A stretch of DNA of 32,000 nt from Pseudomonas phage BL8. Below, in pieces: positions 1-8,615 of the stretch. The position numbers were made by a program, and so were the translations under genes. The stretch lies in the sequence record PQ474299.1; one strand, written 5' to 3'. The notes beneath the pieces were generated by a model. That model did not search any database. It had not been told where the DNA came from and saw only the letters and a list, made by a program, of their open reading frames with translations. Within the stretch, counting starts at the first letter, position 1, and each line of letters opens with the position of its first letter.

Positions 1-284
1 GTCCGATTATCGACCACACCGCGGCGAACATCGGCCCGGAGCCGGGGGTGACCTACCGCGTGGACATCTACGCGGCCAACGGCAGCACGCTCTTGAAGTC
101 GGAGCCGGGCCTGACCGGCACTAGCTGGACCTGGACCAACGAGGCGACGGAGAACACCGCGGGCCGGAACCGGATCAAGGTCACGGCGGTCCGCGACGGT
201 CTGGACAGCTACCAATCCCAAGATTGGTACGTGGATCGGGCCGGACTCGGGAACAATCTTGGAAACTATCTTGGAGGTTTGTGA
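1..284 (+). CDS. Phage tail/structural protein, C-terminal fragment (gene starts before the window)
   Basis: Frame 3 is open from the window edge (PIIDHTAANIGPEPGVTYRVDIYAANGSTLLKSEPG...) to the TGA at 282-284. The next gene's ATG overlaps this stop. Beta-rich, fibronectin-like composition. Confidence 0.65.
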   Translation, partial: PIIDHTAANIGPEPGVTYRVDIYAANGSTLLKSEPGLTGTSWTWTNEATENTAGRNRIKVTAVRDGLDSYQSQDWYVDRAGLGNNLGNYLGGL

Positions 285-769
285 TGGCTATCAGTAACGG
301 CCCGAACTTGGGCATCATGGTGAACGGCGCGCTGGGGGACCAGCACTACAACCAATTCATGTCTTTCCTCCGTGCGGTGGACGGCCTTCTCATGGGCCAC
401 GCGAAGTCCGCGACCACGACCGCCCAACCGGCTTCGCCCGCGGACGGGGACGTGTACGTGCTCCCGGCGAGCCCGACCGGCACGAACTGGTCGGGTCAGG
501 GCCAACGGATCGCGCGTTATTCGAGCGTGGCGACGGCCTGGGAGTTCTTCGTGCCGAAGAAGGGGTGGACCATTTCCGTGGAGGATACCAACAGCACCTA
601 CTGGTATGACGGCAGCGCGTGGAAGTTCCTCCGCGGCTACGGCACGACCGCGAACCGCCCGGCGGCGAGCGCCGCCTTGATCGGTGGCCAATACTTCGAC
701 ACCACCCTGGGCAAGCCGATATGGTCCACGGGCTCCGCCTGGGTGGACGCGACTGGGTTGGCCGTCTAA
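284..769 (+). CDS. Phage tail-associated protein, DUF2793-like
   Basis: Starts at the ATGG overlapping the previous stop. Protein MAISNGPNLGIMVNGALGDQHYNQFMSFLRAVDGLL...PASPADGDVYVLPASPTG..W.GQ...IA.Y......WEFFVPKKGWTISVEDTNSTYWYDGSAW resembles the DUF2793 phage repeat. Confidence 0.7.
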   Translation: MAISNGPNLGIMVNGALGDQHYNQFMSFLRAVDGLLMGHAKSATTTAQPASPADGDVYVLPASPTGTNWSGQGQRIARYSSVATAWEFFVPKKGWTISVEDTNSTYWYDGSAWKFLRGYGTTANRPAASAALIGGQYFDTTLGKPIWSTGSAWVDATGLAV

Positions 770-836
770 AATTTGCCAAGTTGTCTTGGGTTCCGTAAAA
801 TACGGCCCAAGATCATCTTGGTGCGAGGACCCCGAT

Positions 837-1181
837 ATGCCCCTGACCCCGGAGCAAGTCGAAGACATCGCCGTTGCGGCTGCGACCCGGGCGGCGAAAC
901 TATCCGTGGAGGACGCGGCCCGGAGGGCCGCGGAGACGGTCGCCATGTCTCACTCGGAGCTGAACGATGTGGTGGCCGAAGCGGTCAAGCAGACATTGAT
1001 GCAGCTCGGGGTGGACACGTCCGACCCGTTTGCTATGCAGCGGGACTTCCAACACCTCCGTCAATGGCGCGAGTCCGGGGAGGACTTGAAGCGCAAGGGC
1101 ACCCTCGCCCTCCTGGGCATCTTCTTCTCGGGCCTCGCCAGCCTGCTAATCCTCGGGCTGAAGGAGTGGGCCCAGAAATGA
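837..1181 (+). CDS. Small protein with one C-terminal transmembrane helix, possibly structural or lysis-associated
   Basis: MPLTPEQVEDIAVAAATRAAKLSVEDAARRAAET... ending in LALLGIFFSGLASLLILGLKEWAQK. Last + strand ORF before the repeat-rich gap. Confidence 0.6.
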   Translation: MPLTPEQVEDIAVAAATRAAKLSVEDAARRAAETVAMSHSELNDVVAEAVKQTLMQLGVDTSDPFAMQRDFQHLRQWRESGEDLKRKGTLALLGIFFSGLASLLILGLKEWAQK

Positions 1182-1182
1182 G

Positions 1183-1238
1183 GATGCGCTTGGGGTACTT
1201 ACCTTCACATCTGAAGAAGTATAGACCCCAAGCGCCAT
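1183..1238. repeat. Long imperfect inverted repeat (perfect 11-bp outer arms)
   Basis: GCGCTTGGGGT (1186-1196) and ACCCCAAGCGC (1225-1235) are perfect reverse complements. Inner pairs TACTT/AAGTA and CTTCA-CATC-TGAAG also match. The minus strand carries TATACTTCTTCAG. Confidence 0.85.
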
Positions 1239-1386
1239 CGAAAGCCCAGCGCCGTAACAGCTCCGACCCTCCTGCGCTTAGGTTACTTCACTTTCTCCAG
1301 TTCAGTTCTACTTCGCCCGATAAATCGCCCGGACCCCCTGCCCAGGGAGGCGACCGGCGACCGTTCCTGCTGTTCGGAGGCCGTCC

Positions 1387-1450
1387 GGGGGTTTAAGGTA
1401 AGTAAGTTAAGTAAGTTAAGAAGAAGAAGAAGAAGAATATATAAACCCCC
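1387..1450. repeat. AT-rich direct-repeat/microsatellite tract framed by a 9-bp inverted repeat
   Basis: GGGGGTTTA (1387-1395) and TAAACCCCC (1442-1450) frame two copies of AAGTAAGTT (1400-1417), (AAG)6 (1418-1435) and AATATATAAA. Confidence 0.85.
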
Positions 1451-1508
1451 AGCCCCGCTGGGCTTCCCTGCCTACTCCACTTCATACTTCTTCAGCACAC
1501 GAAGTCGA

Positions 1509-1532
1509 GCGTTGGGCCCCCGTCCCAAGCGC
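1509..1532. repeat. Imperfect inverted repeat sharing CCCAAGCGC with the 1183-1238 element
   Basis: GCG-TTGGG / CCCAAGCGC read directly from the sequence. Confidence 0.5.
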
Positions 1533-1608
1533 ACATGATTCTCCGCTCGCCTTCGCCGCCCAGCTGGGCTATACTTCCGGGCATCACTATGAGAAATGGA
1601 GCCACCCT

Positions 1609-3303
1609 ATGGAATACCCCTTCAAGACCGAACCCTTCAACCACCAGCGTGAGGAGTGGTTGCGCTCCCGCGAAGAAGAAGCCCGCGCGATCTTCTGGGA
1701 ACAGGGCACCGGCAAGTCCAAGCTGACCATCGACACCGCCTGCTGGCTCTGGCTCCGCGGACTCATCGACGGCGTGCTGGTGGTCGCCCCGAACGGCGTG
1801 CACCGCAACTGGGTTGAGAAGGAAATCCCGGACCACGTACCCGATGAGGTGATCAAGCACGTCCGGGCCTTCCACTACCAGAGCCCGAAGGCCGACACCA
1901 AGTGGCACAAGCAGGCGGTCAAGGCCGTCATTGAGCACAAGGGCTTCGCCTGGCTCACCATCAGCTATGAAGCCTTCATGACCGCCTCCGGGAAGCGGGC
2001 GCTGATTGACTTCTTCGACAAGCGCCGCCTCCTGTACGTCCTGGACGAGGCGCACTACATCAAGACCCCGACCGCGGAGCGCACCAAGTCCATCCTCCGC
2101 TCCGCGAAGTACGCGCCATTCAGGCGGGTCCTGACCGGGACTCCGATTGCTCAGGGACCCTTCGACGCCTACAGCCAGATCAAGTTCTTGATTGACGACT
2201 ACTGGAACAAGAACCAGCTGGGGACCTTCACGGAGTTCAAGCAGCACTTCGGCATCTGGAAGAAGGGCTGGAACCCGACCGCCTTCAACCCCAAGACCAA
2301 GAAGAACGATGGCAACGAGTATGACGTGCTGGTGGGCTATCGCCGCCTGGACGCCCTGAACAGCCTCCTTCAGCCCGTCTCCTCCCGCGTGACGAAGGAT
2401 GACGTGCTGGACCTCCCGCCGAAGCTGTACAGCAAGCGGTTCTTCCCGATGACCCCGGAGCAGGGCAAGCTGTATCGCCAGTTGCGTGACGAGTACATCG
2501 TGTGGCTGGAGACGGGCGGGATTGAGCGGGACGCGGAAGCGGTCGCCGCGGAGCCGTCGCCGGACGCCTGCCCGACCTGCTTGGGCAAACGTGAGGTGGA
2601 GTTTGACGGCTTCATCTACCCCTGCCCCGACTGCGGAGACGCCCCTGACCTGGGCGCGGAGGGCACCACCCCGGTCATCGCCGCCCTCGCCATCACCCGG
2701 CTCCTCCGCCTCCAGCAGATCACCTGCGGCTACCTCCCGACCGACGATGAAGCGGAACCCGTGTACACAATCCCGGGGCCGAACCGTCGCCTGGACCTGC
2801 TCTGTGAGCTGATCGAGGAGTCCCAGCACAAGGTGATCGTCTGGGCCCGGTTCCAGATGGACATCACCCTGATCATGGACGCCCTCCGCGAGCGTGGCAT
2901 CAGCGCGGTCCGCTATGACGGGCTGGTGAACGATGATGAGCGGGCGGACGCCAAGGCCCGGTTCCAGGGCGAGCGCCCCCTGTACCACAACGGACAGGTG
3001 GTCGGGCGCGAGGCCGTCCCGCCGGAGGAACAGGCCCGCGTGTTCGTGGGCAATCCCGCGGCGGGGGCGACGGGTCTGACCTTGACGGCAGCCAAGACTG
3101 TCATCTATTATTCCAACAGCTTCAAGCTGATCGACCGCCTTCAGTCGGAGGACCGCGCCCACCGGATCGGACAGACCAACAACGTGCTGTACATCGACCT
3201 CGTGGCTGAGGACTCCGTGGATGAGAAGGTGGTGGAAGCGTTGAGGAACAAATTCAACGTGGCGAGCCAGATCACCGGCGACCGCCTCAAAGACTGGTTG
3301 TGA
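1609..3303 (+). CDS. SNF2/DEAD-like superfamily II helicase (ATPase)
   Basis: Walker A 'WEQGTGKSKLTIDTA', motif II 'YVLDEAHYIK', 'VLTGTPIAQGP', C-terminal 'VFVGNPAAGATGLTLTAAKTVIYYSNSFKLIDRLQSEDRAHRIGQTN'. Upstream GAAATGGAG leader. Confidence 0.93.
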   Translation: MEYPFKTEPFNHQREEWLRSREEEARAIFWEQGTGKSKLTIDTACWLWLRGLIDGVLVVAPNGVHRNWVEKEIPDHVPDEVIKHVRAFHYQSPKADTKWHKQAVKAVIEHKGFAWLTISYEAFMTASGKRALIDFFDKRRLLYVLDEAHYIKTPTAERTKSILRSAKYAPFRRVLTGTPIAQGPFDAYSQIKFLIDDYWNKNQLGTFTEFKQHFGIWKKGWNPTAFNPKTKKNDGNEYDVLVGYRRLDALNSLLQPVSSRVTKDDVLDLPPKLYSKRFFPMTPEQGKLYRQLRDEYIVWLETGGIERDAEAVAAEPSPDACPTCLGKREVEFDGFIYPCPDCGDAPDLGAEGTTPVIAALAITRLLRLQQITCGYLPTDDEAEPVYTIPGPNRRLDLLCELIEESQHKVIVWARFQMDITLIMDALRERGISAVRYDGLVNDDERADAKARFQGERPLYHNGQVVGREAVPPEEQARVFVGNPAAGATGLTLTAAKTVIYYSNSFKLIDRLQSEDRAHRIGQTNNVLYIDLVAEDSVDEKVVEALRNKFNVASQITGDRLKDWL

Positions 3304-3310
3304 GACTACT

Positions 3311-3664
3311 ATGAGCCGTGTATTTGTTGTACAGAACCAACACCGCTGGGACCGCGACAAGCAGCGGTTCGAGCCCAAATTCAACCTCGCCCCGGCGGAG
3401 GAGTTCGGTGAGCTGGTGTACTTGCTCAGCCCGACCGCGGCCCCCTTCCGCCCGGAGCCGATCATTGATGAGCTGAAGGAGAAGCTGGCCGACTTCGGAC
3501 CGGGGGACCACCTCCTGCTCGTGGGCAATCCGGTCCTGATCGGGTTCGCCGTCGCCATCGCCGCGGACGCCAATGATGGGGATGTGTCCCTGCTCCAGTG
3601 GAGCGGAAAGGACCAACGCTACATCGCGGTGGACGCCTCGGGCCTCTTTACTTCTTCCGATTGA
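3311..3664 (+). CDS. Conserved phage hypothetical protein
   Basis: Uninterrupted ORF MSRVFVVQNQHRWDRDKQRFEPKFNLAPAEEFGELVYLLSPTAAPF... directly downstream of the helicase. Confidence 0.75.
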   Translation: MSRVFVVQNQHRWDRDKQRFEPKFNLAPAEEFGELVYLLSPTAAPFRPEPIIDELKEKLADFGPGDHLLLVGNPVLIGFAVAIAADANDGDVSLLQWSGKDQRYIAVDASGLFTSSD

Positions 3665-3683
3665 CCGGCTATACTTCTTCAGC
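3646..3683 (+). promoter_or_regulatory. Phage promoter of the recurrent 23-bp double-box class
   Basis: TTTACTTCTTCCG at 3647 and TATACTTCTTCA at 3670, 17-bp spacer, followed by a CDS at 3724. Confidence 0.8.
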
Positions 3684-3723
3684 GTGATTGGGATACCCCC
3701 TCACCGAAGAAACGGAGAATCAC

Positions 3724-4269
3724 ATGTCAAGTGAAAACGCATACCTGGACTATGTCCAACCTCAGACCGCCGGTGGCGAACTGAGCCAACTCACTCAGCT
3801 GGCCGAACAACAGGCCGCTGCCCAGTCGAAGGTCGCAGACCTCGAAGCCCAGCTCAACAAGGCCCGCGAAGAACTCCGCGACATCGCGGAGCGCCAGGTG
3901 CCCGAACTCATGGACCAGATCGGCATTGGCGAGTTCAAGACCACCACCGGCCTGAAGATCAAGATTGACGAGACGATCCGCGCCAGCATCCCGAAGGCCA
4001 AGGCCCCGCTCGCCTTCGCCTGGCTCAAGCAGAACGGCCACGCCGCGATGATCAAGCGCGTGGTCGCCGTCGCATTCGGCAAGGGCGAGGACGAGAAGGC
4101 TGACGAACTGCGCCAGCGTCTCGCGGACGAGTTCGAGGTGGACGACAACGCCAGCGTCCATCCTTCGACCCTTGCCGCTTTCGTCCGCGAGAAGCTGCGT
4201 GAAGGCGAGGAAGTCCCCCTGGACCTGTTCGGGGTCCATCGTCAGCGCGTGTCCAAGATCGAAGTGTGA
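3724..4269 (+). CDS. Coiled-coil phage protein of unknown function
   Basis: ATG preceded by GAAACGGAGAAT. Protein MSSENAYLDYVQPQTAGGELSQLTQLAEQQAAAQSKVADLEAQLNKAREELRD... Confidence 0.8.
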   Translation: MSSENAYLDYVQPQTAGGELSQLTQLAEQQAAAQSKVADLEAQLNKAREELRDIAERQVPELMDQIGIGEFKTTTGLKIKIDETIRASIPKAKAPLAFAWLKQNGHAAMIKRVVAVAFGKGEDEKADELRQRLADEFEVDDNASVHPSTLAAFVREKLREGEEVPLDLFGVHRQRVSKIEV

Positions 4270-4411
4270 CCAGAATGCCGGAGGACGGCCCCGGGCCTTC
4301 CTCCCGACCGAACCGCCCCGCGGGTGACAGCGGGTACAGCCGGTGAGACGGCAGGGCTATTCGACCGGGGGCCCAATCGACCCGCTCACATTGAACCGAA
4401 GGAGCCACACC

Positions 4412-5251
4412 ATGGCCAAGACCGATAGCAAGACCACCGATGTCGCAGTGAAGGAACAGAACACCGCAATGGCGGAGTATGGCGCATATGCCGACTACGC
4501 GGGCGCGGGTTTCGAGAACCAGACCAGCGATGACTACAGCATCCCGTTCCTCCAGATTCTTCAGGCCCTCAGCCCGCAGCTCCAGGAGAACGACAGCCTG
4601 CGCCAGGGCATGATCCTGAACACCGTGACCGGCGAAGTCTGGGACGGCAAGAAGGGCATCGCCTTCGTCCCGGCGACCACCCAGCACGTGTACGTGGAGT
4701 GGAAGCCCCGCGATGCGGGCGGCGGTTTCGTGGGCATCCACGAAGTCAACAGCGATCTGGTGAACCACGCCAAGGCAGCGTCCGCGGAGTATGGCAAGTA
4801 CAGCACCCCGGACGGCAACGAGCTGATCGAAACCTTCTATGTGTACGGCATCGCGCTGGATGATGACGGCAACGCCTCGGAAGCGGTCCTGGCCTTCAGC
4901 TCCACGAAGATCAAGAAGTACAAGGGCTGGATGACCAAGGCCAAGACCATCCAGATTCCGCTGCCGGACGGTCGCCGCATTCCGGCTCCGCTGTTCGCCC
5001 ACCGCTACCGCCTCAAGACCGTGAGCGAGAAGAACAACAAGGGCCAGTTCTTCAACTGGGACGCCATCGCCTTCGACGGCGAGAACGCCCAGCAGGCTCG
5101 CCTCCTGCCCGATGACCCGCTGTTCCAGTCCGCCGTGAACATCAAGTCGATGATCGAGCAGGGCAAGGCCCGCGCTGCCTATGAGTCGCAGGCTCCGGGC
5201 TCCGCGGACGAAGAAGCCCAGGGCGCAGGCGGCGGCAAGCCGGTGTTCTGA
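4412..5251 (+). CDS. Conserved phage protein, possibly ssDNA/recombination-associated
   Basis: ATG after GAACCGAAGGAGCC. Contains DDYSIPFLQILQALSPQLQENDSLRQGMILNTVTGEVWDGKKGIAFVP..., resembling proteins found next to phage recombination/replication genes. Function is not certain. Confidence 0.75.
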   Translation: MAKTDSKTTDVAVKEQNTAMAEYGAYADYAGAGFENQTSDDYSIPFLQILQALSPQLQENDSLRQGMILNTVTGEVWDGKKGIAFVPATTQHVYVEWKPRDAGGGFVGIHEVNSDLVNHAKAASAEYGKYSTPDGNELIETFYVYGIALDDDGNASEAVLAFSSTKIKKYKGWMTKAKTIQIPLPDGRRIPAPLFAHRYRLKTVSEKNNKGQFFNWDAIAFDGENAQQARLLPDDPLFQSAVNIKSMIEQGKARAAYESQAPGSADEEAQGAGGGKPVF

Positions 5252-5274
5252 TCTACCGGGAGGACCGACCCGGA

Positions 5275-5294
5275 CGGCCCGCCCCCTCGGGCCG
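5275..5294 (+). other. 7-bp GC hairpin directly upstream of the terminator
   Basis: CGGCCCG-CCCCCT-CGGGCCG. Confidence 0.6.
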
Positions 5295-5301
5295 TACCTT
5301 C

Positions 5302-5328
5302 AGGGGGCCTTCGTGGCCCCCTTCTTTT
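5302..5328 (+). terminator. Rho-independent terminator
   Basis: AGGGGGCC-TTCGT-GGCCCCCT followed by TCTTTT. Confidence 0.8.
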
Positions 5329-5352
5329 CATCAGAAACGGAGAACGATCATC

Positions 5353-6546
5353 ATGTGGAGTCCGCAACAGCAGACCGCGCTGGACCGGGTTGGGCGTTGG
5401 CTCAAGACCCGGGACAAGCCCGTGTTCCAGCTCGCCGGGTACGCCGGAACCGGCAAGACCACCCTGGCCAAACACCTCGCCGCGACCGTCAACGGTCCCG
5501 TGTACTTCGCCGCCTACACCGGCAAGGCCGCTCACGTCCTCACGAAGTCCGGGGCGACCAACGTGAGCACCATCCACAAGCTCATCTACACGCCCAAGGA
5601 CAAGTCGCAGCAGCGCCTGAAGGAACTCCAAGCGGAGCGGGCGCGGCTCCTCACTCACAAGCCCGTCCCGGAAACCCTCGTGGGGAAGGTCGATGCGGCG
5701 ATCAAGGCGGAGCAGATCAACCTCGCCCGCCCGATGTTCCAGCTCAACACGGAGTCGCCCCTGTTCGAGGCCGCGCTGCTCGTGGTGGATGAGTATTCCA
5801 TGATTGACGAGCAGATGGGGGAGGACTTGCTCAGCTTCGGTTGCCCGATCCTCGCCCTGGGCGATCCGGGGCAGCTCCCGCCCGTGGGCGGCACCCCCTT
5901 CTTCAAGAACAAGCCCGACATCCTGCTCACGGAGATTCACCGCCAGGCCCAGGACAACCCGATCATCTGGATGTCCAAGGAGGTCCGCGAGGGCCGCGTG
6001 CTCCGCCCCGGCGACTACGGTGCCAGCCGCGTGATTCCCTATGGCCGCCTGCCACGCGAAGAACTCCGGGACATGGTACTGTCCACTGACCAGCTCCTCG
6101 TTGGCAGGAACGCCACGAGAATCACGAGCAACGGACGTGCCCGGGAACTCCTCGGGCGGACGAACGCCCTGCCCCAGGAAGGCGACAAGCTGGTGTGCCT
6201 CCGCAACAACCACGAGGTGGGCCTGCTCAACGGCCAGCTCTGGAAGGTCCGCCGTGACACGATCTTCGACGGCGACTATGTCATCATGGACATCGAAGGC
6301 GAGGACGGCGCGAAGGTCGAAGTCAGCGCCCACCCCCACTACTTCCACGGAAACAAGCCGGAGTATTGGGAGCGGAAGGACGCGGAGGAGTTCGACTATG
6401 GCTATGCGCTCACCGTCCACAAGTCGCAGGGCTCCCAGTGGAACAACGTCTTGCTGTTTGATGAGTGGTACGGGAAGGACCGGAAGGAATGGTTGTACAC
6501 CGCCATTACCCGGGCCGCGGAACGCATCGACCTCGTTATGATGTAG
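5353..6546 (+). CDS. RecD/Dda-like superfamily 1B DNA helicase
   Basis: 'LAGYAGTGKTTLAKHLAA' Walker A, 'LLVVDEYSMIDEQM', 'ALGDPGQLPPVGG', C-terminal 'YALTVHKSQGSQWNNVLLFDE' and 'WLYTAITRAAERIDLV'. Confidence 0.95.
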   Translation: MWSPQQQTALDRVGRWLKTRDKPVFQLAGYAGTGKTTLAKHLAATVNGPVYFAAYTGKAAHVLTKSGATNVSTIHKLIYTPKDKSQQRLKELQAERARLLTHKPVPETLVGKVDAAIKAEQINLARPMFQLNTESPLFEAALLVVDEYSMIDEQMGEDLLSFGCPILALGDPGQLPPVGGTPFFKNKPDILLTEIHRQAQDNPIIWMSKEVREGRVLRPGDYGASRVIPYGRLPREELRDMVLSTDQLLVGRNATRITSNGRARELLGRTNALPQEGDKLVCLRNNHEVGLLNGQLWKVRRDTIFDGDYVIMDIEGEDGAKVEVSAHPHYFHGNKPEYWERKDAEEFDYGYALTVHKSQGSQWNNVLLFDEWYGKDRKEWLYTAITRAAERIDLVMM

Positions 6547-6567
6547 CCCAAGAACAGGAGCAACGAT

Positions 6568-8430
6568 ATGATAGAAAGCCCTCAACCCTTCAAGGAGACT
6601 CGCAAAATGCACGGTCCTCAAGTACCCTACTCACAAGAACTACACGCCCAGAAGTACCGCGGCAGCGGCGAGTCCTTCCGCGAGGCCATGAACCGGATCG
6701 CCGCGGCCCTGAAGGACGATGACCAGCACTTCGCGGACTTCCGGGACGCCCTCCTGGGCATGCGCTTCCTCCCGGCGGGCCGCATCCAGTCCGCGATGGG
6801 CTCCACTCGCCAGGTCACGCCATACAACTGCTACGTCTCCGGGACGATCAACGACAGCTTCGTGGACGGCGAAGGCTCCATCATGGTCCGGGCCGCGGAA
6901 GCCGCAGCCACGATGCGGATGGGCGGCGGGATCGGCTATGACTTCAGCACCCTCCGTCCTCGCGGCGACCTGATCCGCAAGCTCCAGTCCCACTCCTCCG
7001 GCCCCATCAGCTTCATGCACATCTTCGACGCGATCTGCAAGTGCGTCGCCTCCTCCGGCCATCGCCGCGGAGCCCAGATGGGGGTGATGCGCGTGGACCA
7101 TCCCGACATCGAGGAGTTCATTCACGCCAAGCAACCTGGGAAGGACGTTCAGCCGCTCTGGGACCTCGTGGCCGAACTCCCGGAGGGAGCCCAGAAGCAG
7201 CAGTTGGTCATGTCCCTTCAGCAGACCCTGAAGCTGACCGGCTTCAACGTCTCCGTCGCCATCACCGACAAGTTCATGGAGTGCGTCGCCTCCGGCGAGC
7301 CGTTCCCCCTCACCTTCGAGGGCCGGACCTACCGCGAAGTGGACGCCCGGGCGCTGTGGGACGCGATCATGCGCGGGACCTGGGACTGGGCGGAGCCGGG
7401 CGTGCTGTTCATCGACGCGATCAACCGCATGAACAACCTCTGGTACTGCGAGACCATCGCCGCCACCAACCCCTGCGGTGAGCAACCCCTCCCGCCCTAC
7501 GGTGCCTGCCTCCTGGGCTCCTTCAACCTGGTCAAGTACATCTTCAAGGACGGGGCGGGCCGCTACGCCTTCGACTGGGACCAGTACCGCGAGGACATCC
7601 CGCAGGTGGTCCGCGCGATGGACAACGTGGTTGATCGCGCGATCTACCCGCTGCCGCAGCAGAAGCAGGAAGCCAAGGACAAGCGCCGCATGGGCCTCGG
7701 GATCACCGGCCTGGCCAACGCTGCCGAAGCCCTGGGCCATGAGTACGGTTCGCCCGCCTTCCTCGCCTTCGAGGCGGAGGTGCTGGACACGCTGCGTGAT
7801 GAGTCCTACCTGGCCAGCGCCCACATCGCCAAGGTCAAGGGCTCCTTCCCGAAGTTCGACAAGGACAAGTACCTGCAGGGCCAGTTCATCAAGACCCTCC
7901 GCGAGGACGTGCGGGACGCCATCGCCAAATACGGCATCCGCAACTCCCACCTCACTTCCATCGCCCCGACCGGGACCATCAGCCTGTGCGCCGACAACGT
8001 CAGCTCCGGGATTGAGCCGGTGTTCGCCTACAGCTTCGACCGCACCGTGATCGAGTTCAGCGGCCCGCGGGTGGAGACGGTGGAGGACTACGGTGCCCGC
8101 GTGTTCGGGGTCCGCGGCAAGGCTTGCTCCCGCGTCACCGTCCAGGAACACGTCGCCGCCCTGACCGTCGCCGCCCAGCGGGTCGATTCCGCGGTGAGCA
8201 AGACCTGCAACGTGCCTTCCGACATCAGCTGGGAGGACTTCAAGAACGTGTATGTGAGCGCCTGGGAAGGCGGGGCGAAGGGCTGCACGACCTTCCGCCT
8301 GGGCGGGAAGCGGTCGGGCATCCTCGTGGTGAAGGATGACGGCGGCGAGCCCGAAGCGGACGCCCCGGCGGAGGAGCCGGCAAGTCAGTGTCGCATCGAC
8401 CCGGCCACCGGACGGAGGGAGTGCGAGTGA
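6568..8430 (+). CDS. nrdJ: Adenosylcobalamin-dependent (class II) ribonucleotide reductase
   Basis: 'FLPAGRIQSAMGSTRQVTPYNCYVSG', 'MRMGGGIGYDFSTLRPRGDLI', 'FNVSVAITDKFM', 'NPCGEQPLPPYGACLLGSFNLVKYI', 'SIAPTGTISLCADNVSSGIEP'. The start may be slightly downstream. Confidence 0.92.
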   Translation: MIESPQPFKETRKMHGPQVPYSQELHAQKYRGSGESFREAMNRIAAALKDDDQHFADFRDALLGMRFLPAGRIQSAMGSTRQVTPYNCYVSGTINDSFVDGEGSIMVRAAEAAATMRMGGGIGYDFSTLRPRGDLIRKLQSHSSGPISFMHIFDAICKCVASSGHRRGAQMGVMRVDHPDIEEFIHAKQPGKDVQPLWDLVAELPEGAQKQQLVMSLQQTLKLTGFNVSVAITDKFMECVASGEPFPLTFEGRTYREVDARALWDAIMRGTWDWAEPGVLFIDAINRMNNLWYCETIAATNPCGEQPLPPYGACLLGSFNLVKYIFKDGAGRYAFDWDQYREDIPQVVRAMDNVVDRAIYPLPQQKQEAKDKRRMGLGITGLANAAEALGHEYGSPAFLAFEAEVLDTLRDESYLASAHIAKVKGSFPKFDKDKYLQGQFIKTLREDVRDAIAKYGIRNSHLTSIAPTGTISLCADNVSSGIEPVFAYSFDRTVIEFSGPRVETVEDYGARVFGVRGKACSRVTVQEHVAALTVAAQRVDSAVSKTCNVPSDISWEDFKNVYVSAWEGGAKGCTTFRLGGKRSGILVVKDDGGEPEADAPAEEPASQCRIDPATGRRECE

Positions 8431-8615
8431 AAGAACTGAGCCTGAAGGCGGTCTTGCTGATCGCCGCCGGGTTCCTCCTCATGACCGGGATGCGCCTTGC
8501 TGAATGGGCCATCCCGGTCCCGGAGCGGACCATCAACCTGAACGTCACGCAAGAAGAAATGGAGGAACCCCAGAATGAACAAGCCCCTGCTGATCGGCCA
8601 AGCACCCGGACCTAA
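8427..8615 (+). CDS. Small single-pass membrane protein (GTG start)
   Basis: GTGA overlap with the RNR stop. VKELSLKAVLLIAAGFLLMTGMRLAEWAIPVPERTINLNVTQEEM... Confidence 0.6.
   Translation: MKELSLKAVLLIAAGFLLMTGMRLAEWAIPVPERTINLNVTQEEMEEPQNEQAPADRPSTRT

Noticed and set aside
1282-1314. GTTACTTC...TCTACTTCG pair in the intergenic region as another double-box promoter
   Set aside because: The spacing is ~25 bp instead of 23 and the boxes are degenerate. At most a relic.
773-1396. 207-aa ORF overlapping the 837-1181 gene and running into the repeat region
   Set aside because: Arg/Pro-rich composition, overlaps a better-supported ORF, and covers the inverted repeat and non-coding segment.
4279-4305. 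GGAGG-GGCCC/GGGCC-CCTCC inverted repeat after the 4269 stop as a terminator
   Set aside because: No U-tract and an unfavourable 1-nt central loop. Could be structure, but termination is not supported.
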